Shown here one piece after another: positions 47,201-57,900 of a DNA stretch of 64,000 bases (the stretch's first letter is position 1; the number at the start of each line of letters is the position of its first letter). This stretch comes from Pocillopora damicornis. Lineage: Eukaryota. The stretch lies in contig NW_020847572.1 in NCBI RefSeq assembly GCF_003704095.1, forward strand, positions 1 through 64,000, written 5' to 3'. The position numbers were made by a program, and so were the translations under genes. Below the pieces are notes generated by a model, which worked only from the letters and a program-made list of their open reading frames with translations, had not been told where the DNA came from and did not search any database.

Positions 47201-50200
47201 AATCCACTATCAGTGGTGATTCACCAGAGGATGAAAGAGAACCATCGCGTCATTCTTATGCCAGATCACGACAGCCACCTTCACAGTATATGGACACACT
47301 TGATCCAAATGTTGCCAGTCATTCTTTAGGTCACGGTAAGAGATCTGCCAGAGCTGGAAAATCAAAGACGAGATATACTGAAGATGATCGTGCAATTTTA
47401 TCTCAGCGGTCAAGGCTAGAGACATCTGAAAATAGAAAAGACGATTCAAGGATACCAGATGCCAAGGGTGGCCATTCTTCGCGTGATAAAAGCTTTTCTC
47501 GTGATCCAAAAACCTCCAGAATGGATGCTAACATTTCAAGGCTGACTTCGTTGGTAACAAAGTCATTAGAGGAGAGCATTTCCTCCTCCTCTCTTGCGTC
47601 AACCACAACGTCTTCAAGAAGACCAAGTTCAAAAAGTAAAAAGGCAAAGTTGGCTTCCTCAACTAGTGAATCGTCTGACGTTTCTGAATATTTCAACTAC
47701 GCTTTCTTCGAGCCTCGTCTCCGGACGTCCATTGGACAGAAAATAAAATTAAGAGAGCTGCTGAGGTCTGTGAAGTCACATGACCTTTCCCCTATAGTCC
47801 GTAGAACTCGAGATAGCACTTCTCCTGAGTCTACCTCAGGATTGTCCAGCAACGACGGGGTAAGTGCTGAAAAGGAGCCTGAGCCTGTAGTGAGGGAGCC
47901 TTTACGATCAGATGCTGCACAAAAGCCTGCTGCGATGTACTCCCCACAGCAGCCAACGAATGGTCCAAGATGTACTTGCGCTCGCGCGCCAAAGACTGTT
48001 ACACGAGCAACATCATCAGGGGCGTTCCGAAGCCGTAGAGAAGGTGATGGAAGAAGGATTGAAAAGCGCGATGTTGGTGTGAACTGTCCCACACCAGTTA
48101 TGACAAGGGACCCATCGCCCGTTGAAGACGAGGTGTCGCGCGTTCTGTTGGAAGATGCTAGTACTCAGACGGACGAAGTTGGTGGTGGACGAAGAGTGGA
48201 AAGAAAAGTTGATTGTGAACCTGAAAAATCACCGCGTAAGTCAGTGAAGAGTAAAAGATACGAACAGCTTTCAAATGTTGAAGAACGTGGTGTTATCTCT
48301 CAACCTTCGCCTAAAAAGTTAGATCTCTATTACCAGATGGAGCAGCGAGAAGCTCGACATAAACCTAAAGAACGTTTAGTACCGAGTCAAAATTCACCGG
48401 ATCATCGTGTTAGAACAAGCCCTGACTGGAGAAACAGGGCACAGGAGCCTGCGTGGTTTTATCCTCTGAAGGGCAAACCGCAACCCGAACAAAAAGCCAC
48501 CTCACAGATAAGCAGTAGCCTGAATAAAAGTCGCACAAGAGACGAACTACGAGCAGACATGTTTGAGGCTTCAGTTAATCCTTCCAGCACACTACAGCAG
48601 CTCAGTCTTCAAGAAGCATTCCTCTATGCCAGGCCTAAATTTGTAAAGCGTTCGCAGGACAGAGTTTCTCAAATTGAGCAAGCTGCACGAGAGAAAGAAA
48701 GACGTAGGATGTTTACTCAGACTGTGGATGAAGAAAAGAAAAGAGAAGAGGCTGAGTTACGAAGAGCAAGAAGTCCGCCTGTTCCTCAGAAAGCTAAGCC
48801 TCGTGTCTCGAGAAATGGTTAGTTCACGTCAGGAGTCCTGGGTAGGGTTGTGTGAATCCCTCTAGGAGCAATTTTCGATTGAGTGTCGAAAGTTATTGGA
48901 GACTCTTAGTTTTTATAAGTTTGCTCTTCGATTGGTCTGGAAAACTCGCGCCATTTTCGCAGCTAATGACATGCAAAACTAAACTAAATCGTGACTTGGT
49001 CTCTCGATTTTTCTTTATTCCCGTACTTCGGCCATTGTTATTGTTTACACTGTGATATTTAATTTGCTCCTTGTGATGTTTTCCTTGGTTTCCTTGGCTG
49101 TTGTGATTACTTCGGTTTTGTTTCTACTACACGCAATCGAAATTCGCTCCAACCCAGGAATTGCGGTCGTTTTGCTAACGAGCAGTTTGCTGGCGTTTCT
49201 TAGGTCGTTTCGCTAACGTTGTAAGTTGTTTTGCTAATGTCTCTTTTAGTTTTGTTTTCTTTGAAGCAGTGACAAATGTATCGAATCGACTCTCGTAATG
49301 TTTCGAGTCGACTTCATTTCGTCTTGAATTGACTTTTATCGGCGGCTTTCAGTTTGTATTGAAACGACCTAACTCCCCTTCGATTAGCAGTTGATCAAGT
49401 TCTGCCGAAGGAGTCACGAAACGTTTCGTAAATACCCCCTTTTTCTTATAAGAACGTCTTATTTTGGGGCTGAGGCTGAATGTTCTTTTTTTTTGGCTAT
49501 TTGAGCCTAAAAGTGTCCTTGACATATTAAAGTTTTGAGATATAGTATTTCAATAATTCGATTCGGACGTAACCAGACTAAGTTCGATTACAAACTGAGT
49601 TGTTTTTCAGTGTATCGTGCAATAAGAAAACTGCATCTTTAAAGTTAAAAAAGGCCCCTAAGTATTTATGTTAGTTCTCCTGTGAGACTACAGTTTTACA
49701 TTTCTTTTTCCTCTGTTTAGAATTTTCACTTACTCTCAGCCTGGATATGTTCTTAGTACGTTCTTAAGATTTTGGTCAATCTCAGGTTGAACGTTCTTAT
49801 AAAAAAAAAGCTTCTTATATAGGTTCCTATAAGAAAATAAGAGTGTACGTCAGAGAAACGACGTATGAGGCGTTGCAAACTGCCCCGAGATATTGAAAAA
49901 ACGACCTAAAACGTTAGTAAACTGGTCGTTAGCGAAACAACTCGTAGGCGAAAAGACAGCTTATCAAACCTGTAATACCGGTTATTTTAAGAAAGAGCAC
50001 GCAAGAAGTTTTTTTCCTTTTTTGAGTATTAACTGTTTTTGTTTTCTACTTTAGACCAATTTTCTGGACCAAAACCACGGCAGATGACCCGGGCTGAGAT
50101 GAAAGAATTAAATAAGAGGTAAAGCCAGCTACTTTTTTCTCCAATACCTAACGGTCCTACAGCTGTTTACTTTATGAGTCATATATAAACTTGATATTGG

Positions 50201-50609
50201 TTTTGGATGGTTGGTTTTTGAAGGAGAACAAATTACCTCACTTATACATCGAAGAATGATACTAAAATTGCACTTATTCACTTTGAATAAAGATCCTTCT
50301 TTAGTATGCAGCTCTATTCATGGGACTGTCTTTCCAAAAAGTTGCATCATCACAATCAATTCAGAGTGGAATCTCAATCGGTAGAAAGCATACAGAGAAA
50401 ATAAAACTTGACACTGAATTTTGTCATGTAAAATATTCAAGATTGAGCCAACACGTGTCTGGATTTTGAACACTGTTTGATTTCAGATGCTATTGTCCCA
50501 TTGTGGACATATGTATCTGAATTTAGATCTATTGTCCCATTTTGGATAGGAGTTTTTTTTTTCATCCTGGTATTTATCCTTTTTTTCCTTTGTTCAGACT
50601 TTACAAGAA
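41222..50609 (+). CDS. Large, mostly disordered ALMS-motif protein (ALMS1/C10orf90-FATS/CEP295 family), ~1,700 aa; 3' end runs into gap
   Basis: Exons 41222-41317, 41987-42145, 42481-42621, 42750-42960, 44462-48817 (4,356 nt), 50055-50118, 50598-gap, all in consistent phase. C-terminal ALMS motif: SLQEAFLYARPKFVKRSQDRVSQIE...PKPRQMTRAEMKELNKRLYK. A probable non-coding first exon ends at donor 40056. Confidence 0.82.
42155..42361. mobile_element. piggyBac-type MITE
   Basis: TTAACCCTTCAACCCC...GGAAAGGGTTAG termini; the body shares AATTTCTCCTTACAATATCA with the 38379 copy. Confidence 0.75.
43658..44370. mobile_element. Non-autonomous foldback-type DNA transposon with modular TIRs
   Basis: The left arm (43658-43792) has tandem GTTAGATCGCTCC units; the right arm (44251-44370) is its reverse complement (GGAGCGATCTAAC units). 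The ~460-bp non-coding middle has no transposase. Confidence 0.85.
48865..49150. mobile_element. MITE (CCAATCAGA family)
   Basis: TIRs GGAGCAATTTTCGATTGAGTGT / ACACGCAATCGAAATTCGCTCC. Confidence 0.75.
49163..49962. mobile_element. TIR element containing a nested MITE (49433-49848)
   Basis: Outer arms GTCGTTTTGCTAACG...TAGGTCGTTTCGCTAACG versus ACGACCTAAAACGTTAG...CGTTAGCGAAAC; inner TIRs TACCCCCTTTTTCTTATAAGAAC / GTTCCTATAAGAAAATAAGAGTGTA. Confidence 0.65.
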
Positions 50610-51637
50610 NNNNNNNNNNNNNNNNNNNNNNNNNNNNNNNNNNNNNNNNNNNNNNNNNNNNNNNNNNNNNNNNNNNNNNNNNNNNNNNNNNNNNNNNNNN
50701 NNNNNNNNNGATAACATTCAAATTGTGTAGTTGGAGAAACATTATTAAAAGTTCTTTCCAAGCTACTGTCAATCATGTGGCAGACCTCTTGGGAAACATT
50801 CAAGCGAGTTCAAAATTGAATNNNNNNNNNNNNNNNNNNNNGTGGAGGATTCCAATCCTTTTTGTTTGTGTCTGCCTTTGATGCTTGCTATGGCAATGAT
50901 TGACAGAAGCACAAAACTGAATCTTCAGTTTAGTTCTTAGCCTCAAAGTTTGCATGTTACTTAAAGGGATTGTAATTGGAAACTGTTGAAATCAAAATTA
51001 GTTGCAGATGGTGCAACCAAGTGTAACAAACTTAACTTGTCTAGATTNNNNNNNNNNNNNNNNNNNNNNNNNNNNNNNNNNNNNNNNNNNNNNNNNNNNN
51101 NNNNNNNNNNNNNNNNNNNNNNNNNNNNNNNNNNNNNNNNNNNNNNNNNNNNNNNNNNNNNNNNNNNNNNNNNNNNNAGAAAATGGACTTATCAGTTTCA
51201 TGAAAAAGACTCAAAACATTTCACAAAAAAAGGAGTTCTGACTTCTGTGACTACCAGTCAAAAAATAGTAATCCTTTTCAGTGTTATACTTNNNNNNNNN
51301 NNNNNNNNNGCTGATAGTCCCACTGAAGTTCATCCATGTTAGTTTGGGAGTTATTTTCAAAGAAAGTTAATTTGAATTTATCCATCTAGGTCCAGTAAAT
51401 TGCTTCCTTCAATAAGTAATTTCTCGCATATAAACAGTGTATTTATATANNNNNNNNNNNNNNNNNNNNNNNNNNNNNNNNNNNNNNNNNNNNNNNNNNN
51501 NNNNNNNNNNNNNNNNNNNNNNNNNNNNNNNNNNNNNNNNNNNNNNNNNNNNNNNNNNNNNNNNNNNNNNNNNNNNNNNNNNNNNNNNNNNNNNNNNNNN
51601 NNNNNNNNNGAAGGTACATGAATATGCACATGTTTTA

Positions 51638-54148
51638 CTACCAACTGGAATGAATAATCCCCTTTAACATTTTGATAAAGGGTTTTCTCAAATGTTCCAC
51701 ATCCTCCCTTGTTCCTTCCAGTGCATCATCTAGATCTTGCATCAGATCTTCATCCATTGGATGGAATTCCAGTCCACCATAAAATACCTTCTCATGCTGT
51801 TCTGAGTCATAATTCTTTTCAAGCAAGTTTAGGTTTGGCATTAAGAAAGATGGCAGATTTCCTTGCTCAAGACAATCATCAAGGAAGTCATAGATAGCCT
51901 TCCCCCAGGCAATCACCTGGTCTTCTGATGTATTCTGTATATCAAGGTCAATTTCTTTCTGGCAAGATTTATTTACTAACAGATAAAGTGCATTTTTCAA
52001 AAAGTAACTAGAGATAACTTTATCTGCCCAGACATTGTTATCTTCTGGCAGATTTACTGCTACCTCAGTTTCTTTGTGCGATGATTGTTCAGTATCACTT
52101 TCATTATTTCTTTCTTCATCAGAACTGCTTGGTAGTTCTTGCATGATTTGAATTCCTGGTGCAATTTTTGAACACACATAAGTGCTTCTCACAGCCTTTG
52201 CTAGAATGTAACTGGAACGTACATGCTCTGGAAGAGCCTGGAATATTGCAGTTTCTGCTGTAGAAAAAGAGAGACGAAAGTGCTTTTCTCCATGTTTGAA
52301 AAAACATTCACCATGTAGGGCCATCACAACGTGAACACCTTTTTCTTTCAATTTGGGATGCAACAAAGGGGTTTCACAAATATTTGGAGGCCAAAACAAG
52401 GGGAAGTGTACTGCAGGGACAAGATCAACACTGATCAGCAGATCTCTGTAAACTTGACCTGACCACTTGAGAGTAATTTTTGTAGCATTTGCACCCATTA
52501 CGCAGACACTAACTGGTGCTAGAGAGGGGAGATCATTCCAGATTTCCTCCTCAAAAAAGGCTTGGTTTAACTGACCACTGAAGTCATTGATCAACTTTGC
52601 ACTCCTTAAACTGTTGTTTTCATCCACATATTGCATAATCTCATGAGAAGCTGACAGGCGCAAATCAGGTTTCAGTTGCAGTTGACAAAACATTGGGGGA
52701 CTGGATTCCATGTTTGGCTCCTGGAAATGCTTCCCAAGTTTCACCATTGTACATAAGAAGTCAAATTCATCAGGAAATCCACACTTGGTGCCTTCACTGA
52801 CACTACCAGAGATCTCAGGGACAAACGTAAACAGGGGATAAGCTTTTGAAACAATTCCTGCCACCCGCTGAATAACTTTGTTCACTGCAAATTTAATTTC
52901 TTGGCTCTCTGGAATTACTTGTAGTCTGCCAATGACTGGTGAAGTCAATAGTTTTTTCAGAGTTCTGTTTGGGTGTCCATTTAGAGAGAAGTCCTTTGAC
53001 TGCATCTTTTCGACATCCTCTTGCTTTTTGATGTCATTGAATTCATCTTTGAGTGGAAAAAAATCAGGTAGTTCTCCGCGTTGAAAACCATTGTCCAAAC
53101 ACAAAAAATAATCTTCCAAAATATCGATTAGTTGTACATATCCAAAGTACCTTGCCCAGTGGATTGGGGTTTTCCCAGAATTATCTGGCTTTGACACTAA
53201 ACAAGATTCACACCGATTCAATAAACATTTCAGTGCAATGGCATTGTTGTAGAAAACTGCGTAGTGAAGAACTGTTGCTCCATTCTTGTCCTCGATATCA
53301 ACCACACAGCCATTCCCGATTAGCTCCCTTAAATTTGCTGTATTGTCCCAGGAGCACGCCAAGTGTAATGGGGTAACACCATTTCTGTCTTTGATGCCTA
53401 AGTCAGCCCCATGCCTGACAAGGAACTGCAAGAGAGAGCTCTGTCGCATTTCGGATATCACATAATGTACGAGAGCTCGACCAAAGATGTCTTGACTGTT
53501 GATTTTATGACCTTCCATCACAAAGAGTTTCACTAATTTTGAATGCCGCGATTTCTCCTCATCATATTTATCTGTTGGGTTGCTGCAGTCTAGATATCTC
53601 AACATATGCAAAGGTGTCATTCCTAAAGAGTTACTGCTGTTCACCGATATTCCTGTTGAGATCAGAAACTGCACGGTCTCTAAAGAAGCCCCTGTTTCGA
53701 CCGCCTTATGCAGGAGGGTTTCACCCGTTGAGGATAGTGTAGCAGATAAATCGACTCCAAGATCTACAAGGACTTGAAGAACCTCAACAGCATCTGATTC
53801 AAACAGCTCCAAACTATGAAGCAGTTCGTAGGTTCCATTTCGCATACGATCGGGCTTTTGCAGGGAAAATCCCCTGTCTACGAAAGTTTGGCATGCTTTT
53901 TTATTAGCATGCTCTAAAGCATGTTGAAATGGCAGTCTTCCTAGGCCGTCTCTACTGAACATATCCGCGCCATAGTTTAGGAGAAGCTGTACCATTCTGT
54001 AGGCCTCGTCGTCGTAAAAATTAATGCAGTGCAGAGGTGCGCTGCCATAATCATCTCTCTTGTTAGGATCTTCTCCCGCTTTTAAACAGTTTTCCACGGC
54101 TCCAAGACCAGTGTTGAGTATAACTTCACTGTGTAGTGGGAATTCCAT
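51638..54148 (-). CDS. Ankyrin-repeat + cGAS-like (Mab-21 fold) nucleotidyltransferase (ANK-cGLR), single exon, 836 aa
   Basis: Nine ankyrin cores (GSAPLH, GRLPFQ, GTYELLH, GETLLH, GMTPLH, GRALVH, GVTPLH, GATVLH, GKTPIH), then the NTase signature SGSVSEGTKCGFPDEFDF, a third acid in ISVDLVPA, and Mab-21 motifs FRLSFSTAE, SSYFLKNAL and CLEQGNLPSFLMPNLNLL. ATG 54148 lies in AACATCATGG context (the ORF track starts at TTG 54181). Confidence 0.92.
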   Translation of the reverse strand: MEFPLHSEVILNTGLGAVENCLKAGEDPNKRDDYGSAPLHCINFYDDEAYRMVQLLLNYGADMFSRDGLGRLPFQHALEHANKKACQTFVDRGFSLQKPDRMRNGTYELLHSLELFESDAVEVLQVLVDLGVDLSATLSSTGETLLHKAVETGASLETVQFLISTGISVNSSNSLGMTPLHMLRYLDCSNPTDKYDEEKSRHSKLVKLFVMEGHKINSQDIFGRALVHYVISEMRQSSLLQFLVRHGADLGIKDRNGVTPLHLACSWDNTANLRELIGNGCVVDIEDKNGATVLHYAVFYNNAIALKCLLNRCESCLVSKPDNSGKTPIHWARYFGYVQLIDILEDYFLCLDNGFQRGELPDFFPLKDEFNDIKKQEDVEKMQSKDFSLNGHPNRTLKKLLTSPVIGRLQVIPESQEIKFAVNKVIQRVAGIVSKAYPLFTFVPEISGSVSEGTKCGFPDEFDFLCTMVKLGKHFQEPNMESSPPMFCQLQLKPDLRLSASHEIMQYVDENNSLRSAKLINDFSGQLNQAFFEEEIWNDLPSLAPVSVCVMGANATKITLKWSGQVYRDLLISVDLVPAVHFPLFWPPNICETPLLHPKLKEKGVHVVMALHGECFFKHGEKHFRLSFSTAETAIFQALPEHVRSSYILAKAVRSTYVCSKIAPGIQIMQELPSSSDEERNNESDTEQSSHKETEVAVNLPEDNNVWADKVISSYFLKNALYLLVNKSCQKEIDLDIQNTSEDQVIAWGKAIYDFLDDCLEQGNLPSFLMPNLNLLEKNYDSEQHEKVFYGGLEFHPMDEDLMQDLDDALEGTREDVEHLRKPFIKMLKGIIHSSW

Positions 54149-54903
54149 GATGTTCTTTTGCTTCAAATCGATCCACCTCAAGCGTCTTATAAGCGGAATA
54201 AGGCTTTCTTAGTATTACAAGGTTCTTCGATTCTTTGTTTGCGCCAAGGTAAACAGATTCCCTCGGTAACAAGGGGAGGGGTGCACCATTAGTAAAGTGA
54301 TAGGGGCAGGGGATGGTGGGGAATTTGGCTGATGGAAGAATTTCTTATTTCTCAAATATGTTTTGCTTGTTCTATTTTTTAGGTGGATATCTGAAAATAC
54401 GGGTTATTTTACCCATTTACTCGATGTCGTTTTTTCTCTTGCGTTCTACTACGTACTTTTTTACGGGGATCTTTTTCTGTTTTTGCCTCAACCCCCCCTT
54501 GTTAGGGGTTGGCATTAGTGGCATTTGCACTGATGAATTTCCCTAGAGGGTGGGGAAATTATACGTTTGATTCCTTTGCCTTGCTTTGAGGTTGCGCAGT
54601 TTGTGCAGTTCTTCCTCTTTTGTCCAAAGGGATTGAGGATAATTATGTTTTTGCCCTTCGAGCTCTAATCAGGAATTTGCCACGAAAACGTTTGACGGAC
54701 CTGCGGGACTCCTGCTGTTTAGAATTAGTTTCTGAACACCTTTACGGCTTAGCTCCAGTCAACGAGTCTTCAAGCTGTAAATCATTGATAACAATACACT
54801 GATTTTATTTGTACAAAAATGAACAAAGAATTTTGCTATGCGAAATATTATTTACAAAGTGTTTGTCACGAACAAGTCGCTGTGTATATGCACACGAAGT
54901 ATC

Positions 54904-57900
54904 TCAAGTCTGATCAACATCGAGAGTAAGATCCACAACATTCATTGTTGTTTTGGTGGAGTTGCAGCCTCGCAAGCCAGCTACGAACGTGGACGGCTTC
55001 GGAACATTTGTTGATGACTCTCGCTTGGTTTGTGTTTCCACATTCCTGTAAAAAACAATATAAAGGTAGTCTCAGTACCTCTGAGAAGCGACACGAAATA
55101 AGGACAGAATCGCGCGCGCCTCGCGCAAGTTTCATAGCGCGCGCCCAATTAAAATTCGATAAGCTTGTAACAGCATGAGCGCGCGCGCCTCGTGCAGGTT
55201 TCACCGACATGCCATTCGCGTACTCTGTTTAAATGCGATAAACTTCCTTTTTTTAATCTAACATACAAACTTGCCTTCAGTTGTTCAAAAACAAGTTTTC
55301 ACCAAAGCGCAATGATTCAATTCTCACGCGAATGTTCACCTTCCCTTTATATCAGTTTGGTTTTTTTTCCACGCGCAGAAACCTCTGACGTCAGCAAATG
55401 TTATTATGACGCCAATAATTGTCGCGGTTAACGCAAAAGAACCAACGCCTTAAGTTTTGGTCGGTAAAACATTCTTGGTGTCTTCTTTTTCTCCATCTTC
55501 TTCGAAAAATCTGAGAACCATTCTTTCCTAATCTCCCAGGTAAGTGAATAAGTTGCAAACATCATTTCAAAGATCGTCAAAATTTCAACTTGTGGCGATA
55601 AAAATTACGAAAAGGCTCGTGAAAAGTTGTTCAAATTATAACAATACTTACTTAGGGAGGTACACTTGTGAGTCGTTGTCTCTCCTAAAGTTACTCAGAT
55701 TCGTCTGCACTGAATGAGTGATCTTGGTGCGGAGATTTGCCTGTTGAAACAAATAGAGAGTTGTACTTTCTCTTACTTCAACGGAAGAGACAAGCTAAAG
55801 AAACGAAACGTGTCAAGTACATTTAGAAATCTTTCCCCAAAGCCACAATTAGACTAATTTTCCTCGAAAAGTTGTGTCTTGACAAGTTTCCTAGCCATGA
55901 CTTGTCAATAAAAAAAAATTGTCATCCAAATTTAGATAACTTGACAAGAAGCTTTCCAATTCTACACCTATAATACGCCAACGCTGCAAGATTAATAGAT
56001 ATTGCACAGGAAAACTTGACGATACAATGCGTCTTTCTTCCAACCCACCAGTTTAAGAGCTTTCCTCCTCAGCTCCCATTCATTCCACTCGTAAGACTTG
56101 ACAATATTTGTCTCCATGAAGTGAGTGTCTGTTTGTGTTCCACTGTCACACTTAGTAACAGGTGCCTCGATCATCCGTCCAGGTTCTTTACCCTGATGCA
56201 CAAGATCAAAGTTAAAATTCTTTTTGACTTTCGTATTCGTAGGTACCTTCTGCAGAACTTCAAGGGAACTTGTTTCTAAGTTATAGTATGATTAGACGGG
56301 GGGGAGGGATCCAGGAATTCTTGATAGGGGGAGAAGGGGAGTCCAATTATGAAAACTATTGACGGAAAAGTAACTACTTAATACTTCATATTGTTTAGTA
56401 AGTATAGGTAACAACATGATTTCGAGTGCAATTTGGCGTCAATTAGCTCTAGTAAATTTTTGAAAGACGACAGAATTACATAAACCCGTAAATGTCTGTT
56501 AATAGACACAAAGTAATCAATAGTTTACCTGGGCGTAAGGTGTGATGGAGGCAAACTGTGTGTGAAGCTCCAGCAGCTGAATAAGTTCGGGAGATTTCTT
56601 AGCCGCTTCTGCAACTCCATTAATGTAACTTCAACAAAACAGAGAAAGAGGGTGTTAATAACACAAGTCACATTCACTCAACAACGTTCATTTACCGAAT
56701 ACATTCGGCATTCTCCACACCAATTGCCGAGCGAGGTGAAGCAAAATCAAGGCAACGGATAATTACTAACGAGACATAGTTTAAAATTGCTCTCTAGTAG
56801 AAACAAAAATGCAAAGAAAACAGCGCGAAAGAAGAGGCCTATATACCTTTCAGGAGCATTGGAGAACTCGTAGGCAGCTTGTTTGTCACAGAAGGCGTAG
56901 TAATTGTCTTTATAACGTAGAACACCGATCCCTGGGTTGGACGGGATTAATAAACGATCATATACCACAAGCGACCAACCACAAAAACCCTGAAAGAGAG
57001 AAATATCAAAATGAAAAAATGCGCATCAAATTGCGTTAAACCGAAATAAAAGTAAAAACTTTGAAATAATCATTTGCCAGGCTAGACAAGCTACAAAGAC
57101 CAATAAACCAAAGAGAAACAAATACAGTTGAGATTTAAACGGATAGTAAAAGACAAAACTAGACAAAATTTTGGCTAAATTTTTAAAGATGAACAAACTG
57201 CATGCGACACGGCTCTAAAAGATTACATGACCTTACATCGACATCGCTAGCCAAGACCATTTATCAGCACTTATTGCCAATGATATGACGAAAGTTTCTT
57301 AACTTGTTTGATTAAGCTTGCAAATTTACATTTCCATAGACCACGTTCATAGTCTGTCGCGGGAGTGAATAGAAATCGGCCGAAGAAAAAAAACTAAGTA
57401 ATGCGTAACTGTTGAAGCGATCTACGCGCAGTGCTTTTTTTAAGTCGCGCAGTACTGACTAAATTTTTCGCTGATTTCCATCGACTAATGCGATGGACTA
57501 CACTGGCCGGGGAGGGGAGTGTAATATTGTTACATACTGACCCGGTACTGTATTGGTAGCTTGTCAAAGTTCTTTGTAGTCTCGTGAAACAGTAGTTCAA
57601 TCTTAGGATTATCGATTTCTTTGCCATCAATTCTATCATCGTCTGAAGAACTCTGATAGAAACAAATCACCATTATTAACCTGAGAATAATGAAATATTC
57701 TAGACCACTGAAAGCCAGGGTAATTTAGAGCGGGGATGGCACAGTAGTGAGAGCTCTAGCCTCCCACCACTGCGGCCTGGGTTCGATTCCCAGACCTGAA
57801 GTTACATTTGAGTTTTTTATGGTTCTCGACCTTGCTCTGAGGGTTTTTCTCCAGGTCCTACGGTTTTCCACCCTTTGCAAATACCAACATTCCCTATTCC

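Noticed and set aside
44594-48092. Multiple antisense and alternate-frame ORFs within the giant exon
   Set aside because: Expected shadows of a long GC-richer coding exon; no independent motifs.
54310-54570. NF-kB-like sites (GGGGAATTT, GGGGAAATT) upstream of the cGLR
   Set aside because: The matches lack the CC 3' half and appear to be part of a GGTGGGGAA-type repeat; not supportable without data.
57728-57805. Possible tRNA gene (A and B boxes)
   Set aside because: No clean acceptor stem or cloverleaf, and it continues into a SINE body.
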